From positions 1,674,001 through 1,738,000 of the forward strand of contig JBHGNT010000006.1 in assembly GCA_043228905.1 (NCBI GenBank): a DNA stretch of 64,000 nt. Direction: 5' to 3'. The translations under genes were made by a program, and so were the position numbers. Position 1 is the first letter of the stretch. The number at the start of each line of letters is the position of its first letter. Shown piece after piece: positions 14,097 to 27,887 of this stretch. The notes under the pieces were generated by a model. It did no database searches and had not been told where the DNA came from. It was given only the letters and a program-made list of their open reading frames with translations. The DNA is from Azolla caroliniana (taxonomy: Eukaryota; Plantae; Polypodiophyta).

Positions 14097-14542
14097 TAAT
14101 TATTATCCTTTGGCGAGTTTAGTCTTGCCCATTCCAAGACATCACTTGTCATTAAAGTTGCATCCACCACTTTGCCATTAGAAATCATTCTTGTTTCTCT
14201 ATTAACACCTTCGATAGACACACATGAATTATATGGTGTTTCCATATTCAATGCCATATACATTATCCCATCATGCATACAAAGATTATGTTCACATTGT
14301 CCCATCTCTTCATCAGTGAGTTCTCCCATAATATCTTCTTTTTACCCTTTGAATTATCTCCATCCCAACTTTGATTGGAGTTTAAACATTTGCGTTTTCT
14401 TCCTTTTTTGCATTTGATAATATTATATCTTCTTTCTCCTCGCCATTCTTCAGTATTATATAATGTTACAACATTTTCATTTATATCTTTTATGATAATT
14501 GAACATTTTTTATAGGAGCCTTGCATTTTTCATCAAACCAAG

Positions 14543-16235
14543 TGTTACGGGCATGACCATATAATATCTGTGGTGAGAATGTATCGTAGTATTCTATACA
14601 CGTGGATAAAGTGTGAGGGTTAAACGGGAGTGTAAAGAAGGGGAGGATTACTTTTAATCCTCAGGGTTGAGACAACCCATTAGGCCAAGTGTGAACTTGC
14701 ATGGGGGCCTTGGGTCTCGCTATAAATATGAGGCCTAGCTACCCTCATTTCATCATCTCTTGACTACGTGGAAACTCCATTCTTGTGGTGGGTCAACTCT
14801 TGTAGCGAGCGTGCCAACACCAGGTACGACTCGACGCCACGACGGTGGTATGGGACGCCGATCGAGGCTCGAGTATGTCTCGATCCCTTCGCTCGGATCG
14901 CCACCCGACCACCCCCGATGAGGGTAGCTAGCCCTCATATTTATAGCCAAACCTAAGGCCCTCAAGCAAGTTCACACTTGGCCTAATGGGTTTTCTCAAC
15001 CTTGAGTATTAAAAGCAATCCTCCCCTTCTTTACACTCTCGTTTAACCCTCACACTTTATCCACGTTGTCGCGGTTATTCGCGCGTACATGTCGACTTGG
15101 GCGGGACCACGAGGGTCATGAACTAGGTAGTCGGATGGTGGAGGTCTCGCTCTCAACGAGCCTTGACCCTTTGGTTTTTCGCTCGCGTTAGTTTCCGGTT
15201 GAATTGGTTCGGTCTGGTTCCCAGCCGGATTGGTCCAGATCGGTTTCTGGATGGATCGGCTTGGATCGGTAAGACGATTGACCGTGAACAAGAACTCAAC
15301 TCAAATAGGTGAAAACAAAGAGGATTATACATGAATATATATATGCTACAAATGTTTTACAACGAATCGACTTACAACCCATGAATCTAATGGTTATTAC
15401 AAAACAATCGACTAAATACAACGAGTTAAGAAATGGGAACTGGCGAAGGCGAGTCAAGTGGGTGGTCAAGACCGCAATGTCCACTGTTGGTCATGCCCTG
15501 AAGATTGTGGAGTGTTCCCATGTCACACCATCCTCCCTTCTCGAACTGGCCGCCACACGAAACACTCTCCATCGAGGAGAGGAAGCCAAACCACCAAGTG
15601 CTGCCACCGGAATACCGAAGCGTCGTCGTTGTAGAAACCCCAAACCAAAGCCAAACTCTCACACGAAGAAAACCGAAACCCTAAATCTCCCACGAACTCT
15701 CACAAGATGAAGAACCAAAATGGAACACTAAACCTCCACTCAAGAAGAAGGAACCAAAACCCACAAGAAGAAGAAGACCTAAAATGAAACCCTAAAACGA
15801 AATAGGGTGAAGATGACCAAAGTAGAAACCCTAAGGGAAATAAGAAGAAGAGAAAACTCTCATACCCTAGATCTAAGTGGTATACCCTCCTAACTCAAAA
15901 TGGGCAACCCCTTTACAAGAGACCCCTCCCTTGTTTTATAGTCCAAGGAGGGAAGGACGTTACAATGTGGGACATATATTCCTCTTTTTCAAAGGAGATA
16001 GCTTGCCATGATTTTTGTAGGGGCACGTTAAACATCCTCATGTTCACACTCATTCCTCGATAACTCCCTTTTATTTTATACACATTTTCGAATGTACATG
16101 TGCACACGGTGCAGATTGCCAACTTTGCCCGTTCCATCCAGTTTTCTCACCATAGCTGGAAATCTTCACGACAACGTGTATAGAATACTACGGTACATTC
16201 TCACCACAATATATTATATGGTCATGCCCGTAACA
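14543..16235. mobile_element. Foldback element made of two inverted 5' ends of the chromovirus LTR family
   Basis: Arms 14543-14748 and 14918-15066 plus 16178-16235 are reverse complements and match the LTRs at 40761 and 60369. Termini TGTTAC...GTAACA; 5-bp TSD CCAAG/CGAAG. Confidence 0.85.
15067..16173 (-). mobile_element. Solo LTR of the ACGT-targeting family
   Basis: TGTCG...CGACA termini, TSD ACGT/ACGT. The empty site is visible in the opposite foldback arm (TATACACGTGGATA). Shares sequence blocks with the LTR at 49191. Confidence 0.9.
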
Positions 16236-17897
16236 CGAAGCATTCCATAGAAACTTAGCATTCAATGTCAACCTACAAATGAACGATTAATATCCTACCT
16301 TCATGTTGACATCCTTCAATTGCTCCCAATTTGTTCACATCTTTACTACGGGAAGGGTTCATTTCATATAGATTAGCCTTTTGATCGCAAGGTTGCCGAA
16401 TGTTACTTTTTTCCTTTTGTCATGTAATGCATTGGACAATGTGCAAGTTTTTTGTTGCATTGTGCAAGTATAAAGGTTTGTGGTCCAAGTCTAGTGACAA
16501 TGGGCCAATTATGGATGAGACACCATGGATAAGTCACATTCTTCCACCACTACATAGTCAACTACACTTCCTCCTCCAGAGGTTGGGATTTGTCGTCGGA
16601 AAACCATGGTACCATTGAGTATCTTCAAGTTTGTGCAATTATGCTTGAGCGCAAGAAGCCTACCATGATTTGACATTATACAATTTTTTGAGTGATGTAC
16701 ATTGTCATCAATGTTTACATCTTGATAAGTTCTAACTCTAGCACTAAAATCTCCCACAAACTACCACTTTTCCAACCTTGTCATATGTAAAAATGTTAAC
16801 ACACACACCAAACAAAGGATCATCACAATCTAGCTCATATAAACGATAGTACTTGGATGCTTTATGAGGAATCTAACAACATGCCAAATCAAGTTGATCT
16901 TTACGAGTGTTACTTCCATACACATATATCTTTTGTGTTCATCACACTTAACATACTCTTATGTAGTTTTCCAAACCCTCAAGATAAACACACACAAATC
17001 TTGCTCGCCCAACATTACTTCTAATATGAGGTCATAACGATTTTATGATATAACCATCAATATTAGCAATACCTTTGGCTTCATGCTCCCAAATTTTAGC
17101 CAGAAACATAATATCTTTATCATAAGCGATATGACTTAATCTCAACCCCTTATTACGTGGATATCCTCGACATTTCCAAGACATGATTTTCAAACTTGAG
17201 GTAGTCCCATAGGTCATCGCTTGCTATGGATTTTGAGTTCCTTTTCGGAATGCACTGTCTTTAGCCTTTGTACTCCTTTGGGTTGGATCTTCAGCTTCAA
17301 AGAATGTCGTATCTTTTAGGTAAACACTCCTACGATCTAAAACGATAACACATTTCCTATCATGTAAGAGTCTCCAAACAAAGGCTTTGGTACGATTCTC
17401 TCTATTTCTGATGTCTTTCGACCATATACCATAACATCACTCAAAGCAAAGGGAGAGACAAGAGAGAGAGAGAGAAGATATATATATATATATATTAACG
17501 TCTTCTAAGGCCAAATTTGGCCCATCAAGATCAGAACAGGGCACACATGAATATACTCCGAGTCAAGGAGACTAGCAATCGGGCGGAGGGCCAAGAGTAT
17601 CTTTTAGCTGGGGCCGCTACGATCGAAAGACATGGTGTAGGAATGCCAACGGCGGATAATTTGTATGTATATGTCTTTGTTAAATATGCATGTATGTTTC
17701 ATTGTATATAATGCATATATGTGTGTGCGCATTATTCCTCTTCATTTTTGGTTCATGTTCTCCCCCCCTCCCCTGTTTCTCACTCTTCTCCCCTGTTTCT
17801 CTTCCCCTTTCTTTATTGAGGTATACTGACAAACCCTTCTTTTCTCTCTGTCTCTCTATCTGTGTTCCACTCCTCTTTCTCTCCCTGCATCATAGCT

Positions 17898-19772
17898 ATG
17901 GCGGCCATCACCACCACAACAGCAGCAGCAGCAACAACAATGAGGATGGATTCTGTCATCGCTTCCTCCCCCATAGACTGCACCATCTCTTTCTCTTCAA
18001 GCTTTCTTGTCAAGAAGCTCCCTTGGCTCCGCAACTCTTCTCGCAATCGTCGTCGTTTCAGAAGATGTCTTCAGTACAGTATCATAGCTCTCACTTCTTC
18101 ACACAGCGAAGACTCAACATCCTCTTCTTCCTCTTCCTCTTCTTCTTTGGCGGCAAAGAACCCTTTCTGGGGTCATGTGGCTAAAATAGCAGCCAGCCAA
18201 AAACCAAAGGAAGCAAACGAAGAAGAAGAAGAAGAAGAAGAAGAAGAACAGAGTTTAAGAGAGGAGTGTGGTGTGGTAGGAATCTATGGGGATGAAGAAG
18301 CGGGTAGGTTATGTTACCTTTCTCTCCATGCTTTACAACACCGAGGCCAAGAAGGGGCCGGGATTGTAACCTCAGATCAAAATACCCTCCACTCTGAAGT
18401 AGGCTTAGGGTTAGTCAGTGAAGTTTTCAACAACAAGAAGCTCGAGAATCTCCCGGGTGCCTCTGCGATTGGGCATGTCCGATACGCCACAGCAGGTTCC
18501 TCACTTGTTGAGAATGTCCAACCCTTTGTCTGTAGCTACCGCTTCGGGTCCCTGAGCATTGCCCATAATGGAAATCTTGTCAATTACAAGCACCTCCGCA
18601 TCCAACTCGAAGAGAGCGGTTCCATCTTTAACACATCGTCTGATACCGAAGTCATTCTCCATCTCATTGCCAAGTCGCATGAGCAGCATCTTCTCTTGAG
18701 GATCATGCATGCATGTGAGAAGATTGAGGGGGCCTACTCTCTTGTTTTCCTATCAGAAGATAAGCTCATAGCTGTGCGTGACCCTTACGGGTTCCGCCCC
18801 CTCGTGATCGGGAGACGGAGCAATGGTGCCATTGTGTTTGCATCAGAGACATGCGCGCTTGACCTAATCGAGGCGGAGTATATTCGAGAAGTGCACCCTG
18901 GTGAGATTGTTGTGGTAGATAAGGAAGGCATGACCTCTTCCTACCTCCTTGCCAGGCGCCAGAGACAGGCCTGCATATTTGAGCACATCTATTTCTCCAT
19001 GCCAAACTCGATCGTGTTTGGCCGCTCGGTTTACCAGTCCCGTTACACATTCGGACAAATCTTGGCTGAGGTGTCGCCAGTCGAGTGTGATGTTGTCATT
19101 GCAGTGCCCGATTCAGGTGTCGTCGCGGCCCTCGGTTATGCAGCGAAAATTGGTGTCCCCTTCCAACAAGGCTTGATAAGGTCTCATTATGTGGGGCGAA
19201 CGTTCATTGAGCCATCTCAAAAGATTCGTGACTTTGGGGTGAAGCTCAAGCTCTCCCCAGTACAAGCAGTTCTCGAGGGCAAGAGAGTTGTGGTTGTCGA
19301 TGATTCCATAGTCCGAGGCACCACGTCATCGAAAATTGTCAGGTTGCTTAAAGAGGTGGGTGCCACCGAGGTTCATATGAGGATAGCGAGCCCCCCTATC
19401 ATAGGGTCATGTTATTACGGTGTTGATACGCCGAGCACAGAAGAGCTGATATCATTCAAGAAAAATGTGGAAGAAACAAGGAAGTTTATTGGGGCAGATT
19501 CTCTGGCATTTCTTCCTCTGGAAAGATTGAGGGGGATGATGGGTGAAGAAGCCCCGACATTTTGTGATGCATGCTTTTCGGGTTCATATGCAGTACCGCC
19601 CACCGATCTTTTGAAAGAGAAAGGTCTCAATATCCCAGATGTGCTCATTGATGACCTCGATGTTGTTGTCGATACACGATTTGTTAGGGCTCCATGGGAG
19701 CAAACAGCAGGGGATAGAGAGGCTCCATGGGAGCAAACATCAGGGGATAGAGAAATCGCTGGAATTTCCTAG
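17898..19772 (+). CDS. purF: Amidophosphoribosyltransferase (glutamine PRPP amidotransferase), plastid-targeted, intronless
   Basis: S/T/A-rich transit peptide, REECGVVG (N-terminal nucleophile Cys after the propeptide), LQHRGQEGAGI, GHVRY, HNGN, PRPP-binding VVVVDDSIVRGTTS, CYYGVD and CDACF Fe-S motifs. 624 aa from ATG 17898; plant ASE/ATase. Confidence 0.97.
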   Translation: MAAITTTTAAAATTMRMDSVIASSPIDCTISFSSSFLVKKLPWLRNSSRNRRRFRRCLQYSIIALTSSHSEDSTSSSSSSSSSLAAKNPFWGHVAKIAASQKPKEANEEEEEEEEEEQSLREECGVVGIYGDEEAGRLCYLSLHALQHRGQEGAGIVTSDQNTLHSEVGLGLVSEVFNNKKLENLPGASAIGHVRYATAGSSLVENVQPFVCSYRFGSLSIAHNGNLVNYKHLRIQLEESGSIFNTSSDTEVILHLIAKSHEQHLLLRIMHACEKIEGAYSLVFLSEDKLIAVRDPYGFRPLVIGRRSNGAIVFASETCALDLIEAEYIREVHPGEIVVVDKEGMTSSYLLARRQRQACIFEHIYFSMPNSIVFGRSVYQSRYTFGQILAEVSPVECDVVIAVPDSGVVAALGYAAKIGVPFQQGLIRSHYVGRTFIEPSQKIRDFGVKLKLSPVQAVLEGKRVVVVDDSIVRGTTSSKIVRLLKEVGATEVHMRIASPPIIGSCYYGVDTPSTEELISFKKNVEETRKFIGADSLAFLPLERLRGMMGEEAPTFCDACFSGSYAVPPTDLLKEKGLNIPDVLIDDLDVVVDTRFVRAPWEQTAGDREAPWEQTSGDREIAGIS

Positions 19773-21359
19773 TTCTCACATTCTAGGAATCTTTCTATGG
19801 GTCAGTTTTAGTTGCTTTTACTTGTTTGGGGAACCTAACTCAGCTCTTATGAGAAGTTGTATTCTTGGAGAGTGCAATAGCTCTTCTGAGAAGTTTTACC
19901 AATCAAATAGAAATCATATAGTGTGCTCCTTTTATTTCAAAATAGTGTCTGCATCGAAATGCAATGCTAGTTCTGATCAATGAACAATGTATCAAAACGG
20001 ATTATCATGTTAGGTTTTATGATTTGATTGTTCGGCAAATTGTTTCTTCTATGTGAAAGCAAGGATTGTGCTTGCAATATAATGTATATAACAAATGCTC
20101 AAACAACAAGAGATCATAAATGTTCGTACTTGCTTTCGGGTGCTTGATTATGTTAATGTCGTGTATATGCAATAATGTTCGTCCTTGGTCATTTTCTTTA
20201 TTGCAAATTTCAGGAGGAACTTGTGTTGAGTCTATGATGTTACACTGAAAGGATCAAACATTCTATTTTTTGAATGCCAAGCATTGCTTGTGTTTGCATT
20301 AAAAGGAAACCAGTTAGTTCCATCTCGGTATCAAATAGTTTAGTTCTCTGTGAAATACTGCCATTCTAAGCTTGACCTTGCACAGATTGAATGAATGGTG
20401 AGTTTTGGCTATGAAATACATGCCACTCCAATTTTCAAAGTTAATAGAGAACCTTGTTATGAGTCTTATGTAACAGGTAGTAATCAAAGATATAAAAGCT
20501 TGGTCATGTTCTTTATGAGAAAAGGGTCAATGATATGATATAAGTTTGTTAACCAAATATACAAAACATTGTATACATGATCTATGCAACTAAAACATCT
20601 TGTATACATCTCTATAACAAGGCATTCATATCTTCTTTCAAATACTACCCAAGGTTTAGCTTGTTGTTTAGGTCATGACTCGATTCGTCTTTACCTTCTT
20701 TGGACCAAGAATTCTCCTTGCCTAAATAGTGTGTTATCATTGCTTGCTTGGGAAAAGAAAGTGATTGTCCTCTCATAAGCCCCATGTCACCCACAGCTTA
20801 GTTGTTACATAACCGTTATGTTTAGGTACTTAATCTATTTATAACTTTACCCTCTCTACTGGATTTTATATATCTCTCACTAGATGGCCAACAAAAATCA
20901 ACCATATAACTATGAAATGACAATAACCAACAGTCTAGAGGTTCCCCCACCCCTTTTATTCACATGACCCTAATCCTCTCTCACCCTTTACCTCCCTTTC
21001 CCCTATTCTACGATAGCCATCAAACCCCTTTCCACACTCACACCCATGCGCCGCCCCCTCACCTAATTAGCCTAACCCGCCCCCTTCTTACACTTAGGTC
21101 TTTAAACATAGTTGGCTTTCTAAATTGCCATTTATACCAAAGGTCTTCAATTGGACATTAATGATTGGAGCTTCGATCTAAAAAGATGTGAACAAACAAC
21201 AAGCAAGTGCTTCTTTTGCATTGTTCAAGTAGAAGATAGGACTCATCGCTTCCTATCATGTTCGATTGCTTGTAAGATTTGGTGTTACATTTCTTAGATT
21301 TGGGAAGTATCGCGTTATTATTTGACACCAAGATAAAGTTGTTTGTACAATTCACGTAG

Positions 21360-22296
21360 TTTTTTTTCCAAAAAAAACTCCTTCCATTGGTTATAAAATT
21401 TTATAGATGAGAGTGTTATATACAAATCCTTGTAGGATGTGATAGTTTTATCTTATGTGGATGGTCGCTGACTCAAGAAAGGGAGAGGACGACTACTGTT
21501 GGATGAAGGCTAGTTGTTGTCTTTCAACTCCATCGGATTCGCTTGTGAGGCCATCGTATTGGCTCTTTAGAGTGGCTACAACTTCACTCCATATCTATGC
21601 ATTAACATTACTGGGTGTACAATTTGGTTGGAGAAGACCCGTCTACACAATTGTTTCCATACAATCAAAAGTATTATTGGGTTGACTAATTCCAACACAA
21701 CTTGAGATTTGGCATTAATAGGAGTTGAGTGGATATTGTCGATGGTGGAAAAAAAAACCTCATGTGTTTTTATCACCAAAGTCATCCCCTCCTCTTGACA
21801 TTCATACTTGTCAACTGGGGCATGCCATGATAACTAACATACATTTCCTCACTTGATTGTGCCATGCACCTGGCATAATTGCAATAGGTGGCCAACCCCC
21901 CGCCATATTCAATGGGTCTCTGGGCAATCCCATAGAGCGTGTCAGATTGATTCTATAGCATTTGGGCATGCTACACAATTAGGAGAGCTAAAGGTTCCCA
22001 TGCTGTTATGCTATAACCGGTAGTGATTTATGCATTAATAGCCATTAGAAGGTGGTAATTCGCCTAGCGTGTTGTTGTTTCTAGATTTTTTGCCAGAACA
22101 TAGTGATAATTGTATGAGTAACATGATATGTGTGCCATCCTTTATAGCAGCCGGCTCTCGGTCGGTTTTTGAGCGGCTAAAATGTGGTGACCCAATCTAG
22201 TCGTGAATTGGAAGGAAGGGATGGCTTGACCCACATAAGGATTGCGCCATGTCAATCGCAAAGGGTCCCAACTGACATTACATAGCTATGTGTTTT
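21360..22296 (-). mobile_element. 5'-truncated L1-type LINE 3' fragment
   Basis: IVWKQLCRRVF C-terminal motif; colinear with the LINE at 35782-39000. Confidence 0.8.
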
Positions 22297-23559
22297 CTCC
22301 ATAACTTACTAGCACCAATGTGGAACTTAGATTTTAGATAGGTAGATCATTTTGGTAGAAATTGACTAGTACCAAGAAAAATTAGAGATAAAAAAGATGG
22401 ATACAATGTATGTCCATTATACATAACTTTCACATATTTGGGAAAGATTCACACATACTTAATACATTGCCTTATTTGGCAGAGTTCCGCAAAGTTGATC
22501 AAATTGTCATTATGAATTATATTTAAAGACAGTTTCTTCCTAGTGACTTGTGATTGATGATGTAGAGAGGGTGCATTGCTATCCATCCATTAAAACATTA
22601 AAAATGACAAAATTGTACTATGATCCAAAGCAACAACACCCGTGCCCCCCCAAAAAAAGCACAACAAGGGTTAGCCTTGTCATCTCTATTCTTTTCGTTG
22701 TTTGCACGACCTTGTAATAATGCCTCTACTATAATAAGTGGCAATGCATTGTAAAATTTCGGAACAACTTTCAAATGACTTTGCCTTTCAAATTTAGTGT
22801 CAACAAATATGGACCAAATTTGATTTTTTTAAATGTTATTCTACCCGTTGCCTTAATGATTCATTAGGTAACAGTAAGTTCACCAATTTTTTCAATGTTA
22901 TTATCTAATAAAAACTCTAGACAATTTATATGCAAATAGATCATGGTTGGTCCAAAATATCTAGACAAGGTATGTCAGGGTATTATTTCAGCCTTACGAC
23001 TCTTTAGTTTTCATAAATGAAAACTAAGGCATTGTTGAGAAATGTGAAAAGTAATTATATATAGCCACCAATTGACAACACATTATTTTTACGAGAACTG
23101 AAATTGCATTTACATAGCAAACTAGCTAATGATAAATTGTTTTAGTTCTTCCTTATTATGGATATGAACAAATTTGCTTTTTAGAGGAATAAATCTACTT
23201 TATTTAAAGGTACACAAGTTGGCATGTAAAGCTACTTTTTTCTGTGTGCTAGTCCAACAAATTCTCCCATGGATGATGATGCTTGTTGATATGTCAATAC
23301 GCTTTGATCTCTTGCTTTTGGTAATTGGGAACCCATTAGTAGGATTATGTTTTCAATAATTTTAATGGTGAAGCATTAAAATGTGTTCCTTTAGTACTAA
23401 ATTGATCAAATGTTGGAAGTTAGTTCCACAAAACCTTTGAGAAATGGTAGAGGAACAAATGTTGATAGCTCCATGATATTCAAGAATCTCTATTGGAGCT
23501 CTCATTTTGATAAACCTCTAGCTCTCATTTTGATAAACGAAGTGTTAATTTCATTTGTT

Positions 23560-23880
23560 TTGTGGTCAATTATGTTGTACGTGTTCCGAACTTTCAACAT
23601 GCAATTGAACGATACAATATTGGTCCTTGCCAAAAATAGATTTCGTAAAGATATATGGAGTGGAGGACATCTATGCTGAATTCGGGTTGTATGAGGCTCA
23701 CATGGAGAGTATGTGTTTGGGTAATGCTATGCTCATCGAATGATGTGGTGTTTTTGTTGTTTCCTCTACACATATTGTTTTCTTTTGACATGCAAGGTGG
23801 CATGTAAGATATGAGTTGTATATTATCCTATGTACATTGCCTTAACTAATGGAAGTAGTTTTTTTTTTTTAAAGAAGAAG
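23560..23880 (+). mobile_element. LINE 3' stub
   Basis: Homologous to 8120-8270; ends CTTAACTAATGGAAGTAG followed by a T/A-rich tail. Confidence 0.6.
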
Positions 23881-26800
23881 AAGATATATGGAGTAATGAC
23901 AACTATTTACCCCAATTCCTTCATAAGAAACATAAAAGTGGCTTTTGGATTTGCTATTGAAGCAAGGATAACATTCATGTTCATATGGTTTGCATCACCA
24001 ACTCATAACATCTACAAGTTGTGTCTTCCCCCTCATTGGGTACAAACTATATAGCAAAACATCGTATTCAAGGCATAGTAGAAAAAAAGACTTAATCTAT
24101 TAAACTTTGGAATTCAAGTTGTGGAGATGCTTTTAGGTTACTTTCAGTAGGATCTCATTTAGAGAAAAGGAGAATAATTCAATCACTTTATGTGAGGTGT
24201 AGTATGATCAACACAACCAATCTTTGACTCGGATTTCCAAACATGCAGGTTGGAAAAACCCTTTTGATTGTATGATCTCTTTCCCAATCACTTACATGTC
24301 AATGCCATCTTTTTCATTGGATAAGGTTTCCTATTGCAAAACCATCTTATGGACCATTGGGATCACTTGAAATTTTATTGCCCACTTTCATAGACAAAAT
24401 CTTTATGATTTTCTCCACTTTGCAAAAATCCCTCTATAGCTATATTCAACTTTCATTTGGTAACTTGTGTGTTCATATCTGATTTTGTATATCCATATGT
24501 TTGTGGGTCTTTACTTAAGTTTGAGGTTTCCAACCTGTAATCATATTGCCAAAATAAAATGAACAAACTCTTTTGCAATTCAAGTTTTGACAATTGTCAA
24601 AATGCCATTTAATTCATATCAATATGATTTGCTCGTGTATATAGTATACATTTATTTCCTTTATGAACACTTCCATATTCTAATTTATAAATTGTCTTGA
24701 ATATCCATGTTCACATGCATTCATTTAAGTAGGAGATACACTAGCACTCAAATGGTGGCTAGTATCAAGCCAAAGCAAAAGCCATGGTTGCAACAAACAC
24801 TTAAAAAAGTATAGTATGAATTCATTACGTGAATAGGATGGAGTACAAGTACTCATTATCTCTAAGTGTGCATGCATATAACATGTTTGTGCGAGAGTTT
24901 ATGGCCCATATTTGCATCTACATGCATATAATCTTGAAGATGATGCATGTGTATTCATTACAAACATCCTAATATACATTGAAGTCATGAAACAACATGT
25001 CTTGTGAAGGAGTTGAGATGAGGTTAGAAGTCTATTTATAGCGTAACTTTGAGGTATGTAAATATTCTTTAATATTATCCATAAGAGGAAGAATGATTTG
25101 GATTATCCCATAGTGTACTTCAGTTGCATTCACTCTCATTCAACTGTCATGGTTTACTCGGTATTAGTGATCACTCACCAATCGTGTGGGTAAATGAAGG
25201 CTTAATATGTTGCAATTTCCGCCCAATAGTTTCTCATGTTGCGAGGGTAATGAATAAACAACAAAGAAATGTGGTTTTTCTTCTCAATTTAGTTTTTGCT
25301 ACAAGATCCATTCATATCAAGGTACACAACACATTTATGTGATGCTTCTTATTTATCACAACAGCAAAATACTTGTCGATCATTTGGATTCACTTATTCT
25401 TGTGCACTCAAGGGGCATGTCATGAGCTACTATCTTAAATTAAGCACATAAGCTTAGTTGCATTAATATGCATTGAAATCTTTAATTCATGTCATGGGGA
25501 TAAAGAGTCTCTAGGGATTTTTAAATTATTCTATGATTTGCAACAATATGCATGCACATGGATATATGTATCCAAGTCGACAAAGATTCTAATGTTGAAT
25601 TGCTTCTATGAGTATTAATTATGGTAAACAACAATATGTCCTAATGACAACAATCCTAGCAAAGGAGTTTATTAAACAAGGATTCATATATTTTTGGATT
25701 TCATTTCTAATTCACGAATCACAACATTTTTATCTTTTGCATATCATTGATGTTATGTATAGTAAGTAGACAAAAGTATTCTCATAGTTGAATCACAAAC
25801 GAATCGACTTTTGGCATACTGTTTTTTTAAACATATTAACTAACAACATATTTTGCCGAAGAAATTTGGTCTTGTTTGTGTATGGAGGTTTAACCCTTAG
25901 AGCAAAATGCACAATTATATACACATTAGTCACTTATTCTATTGTCTAATATGAAAGCAAAGTATGATTTGGATGATGTTATAGGAGGCACTTGCAAGAT
26001 ATTTCCAAAGGAAAGTAATGGTCTTTGGGATTTTAATGATTGTGGAATACCTTAAAGCATGACCGTGATTTATAGCTTTTTACTACATCAAGGGTCCCAT
26101 ATGCACATATATCATAAACATTTTCATATTTATAGGTTCACTTGTACAAACAATATTGTGCATGTACTATATTATATTGATAATATATCCAAATAATGGA
26201 CTACATAAAAATGTTGGATTCACATTCAGTCAATAGTAAAATCGCAAAAAAAACTCCTTCTCATGGTGGAATTTATCTTCAATTGCACCATATTATTTCA
26301 CACACATCAGTACAATAGAGGTGCACACATTCATCTTGCCTTTGTATCTTCTAACACATTAGTAATATAACAAACCAAGTGAGGTTGCGTTAGTAGTGTT
26401 TAGAAGATCTTATATGAGAACAATATTGAGTCTCACATCTTATGTCCATTGGCAAGTAAACTTGTATGTGTGCGATATATGGTGATGCCAAAAATGGAAT
26501 TACAAAACTAGGCCACTAGCTAAATGTATTGATTCACACCCGCTCACAAGTGTGGGAAGGCCCCAATAGAAGTTGCATTCAATTGTTATAGCGTTTGAAT
26601 TCTCATAATGAAGGGGAATATTCATATCGGTAAGACAAATAGAGAGATAATTATATCTCTCACAATGTTAATGAAAGAGTGATCTTTGTTGATTTATCAA
26701 GTTTGAACAACATGGCACATTAATGGATCAGATATGAGAAAAGATAAGAGTTTTTTTACCTAGGTCAACATTTCATGTTTTGAGTATTGGAGGATCATGC

Positions 26801-27887
26801 TGGTTCCCATGTGGTTGAAAAATTCATTGAAACGATGGTATGTTCTGAAATCGTGTGTGTTCCTTTGATTGTATGGTCGTACCTAAAAATATTAGGCATG
26901 TGTCTATGCCGCACACCCAATTGCAATCGACAATAATATGAGAATTAATTTCCCAACTTTGGATTAGAGTGGTTTCATATCAATAGGTCTTAGCTTGGGT
27001 TGATCAAGCGGTTTGCCATCGCTTTATATGGTGGTTTTTCTATACTTGGGAGTTATGGAATAATTGGAGGTTGTGAAATACTCTCTCCTTTTTTTAGATG
27101 GATGAAGTGGAGAGGCCCATTAGATATGGCATGTTGCTTCTAAAGTTGATTAGTTAGTTAGTTAGTTAGTTAGTCAGAGATGTTCTCTTAAAACCATTCC
27201 AAATGTGACTTGTTTATCGGCAAGACCTCATGGGGAGGTTGTGCAAGTGTCACTTGATATCTGCAACAACAATACATGCATCGTCCGAAAATTCAAGTCC
27301 ATGATCTAAGAAGATTGATCCCTATATTACAATTATTTGTGAGGGCACCATGTTGCGTATGTTAGTGTAGTGTCGTATGATAATAAATATATCGACAAGG
27401 TTATGAAGAGGTCGGAAGGGGTTTTCGATAGACCAAGAGATCATGGGAACATAACAGTGGCATGATAGTAAATGTGTCTGCATATAGGCATACATGTAGA
27501 CCATTAACGTTGTAAATGTATGTGTGTGTGTGTGTGTACACATGTAGTTATTATATTGCTAACTTTAGAGAAAGAGAAAGGGATCGATCAAGATGTACAT
27601 AATAGGATAAAATTTTGTATTGAAGTTAAAAATAAATGTCACCATATATTCCCCCATCTCTTTCTTATCTATCACTTTCTTTTGCTTTAATTAGTAGACA
27701 TTTAATGAACACACACCAACATACATAAATACAATAAAAACCTCTTTAGGAACAGGGCCATTTTCTTCATCATTGCTAATAATCATAAGATGAATAAGAA
27801 ACAGAGCATTTCTTCGTCATTGCTTCTTCCCTTTCCTATCCCTTCTACTTCTTCATTGTCCTTGTTCGTGCGTTAATTCTAGCTAGT

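Larger units (their letters stand above)
12900..17250 (-). mobile_element. Highly degenerate LINE of a different type (possibly RTEX/CR1-like); host of two insertions; boundaries approximate
   Basis: Endonuclease remnants LKIMSWKCRG, GDFSARV, LKILNGT, SVVDYVV (16509-17217), linker WFDEKCK at ~14525-14542, and RT remnant IKPIIKEGDK..SNYG.IMV..GQASF (13541-13735). Confidence 0.65.

Noticed and set aside
17690-18184. 164-aa ORF overlapping the purF start, and the 17862 start of the purF ORF
   Set aside because: Low-complexity alternative frame. The 17862 start is a non-ATG codon; ATG 17898 gives a normal transit peptide.
17898-19772. Intronless purF as a horizontal transfer or retrocopy
   Set aside because: Plant ATase genes are commonly intronless, and this one has a transit peptide and plant-type sequence.
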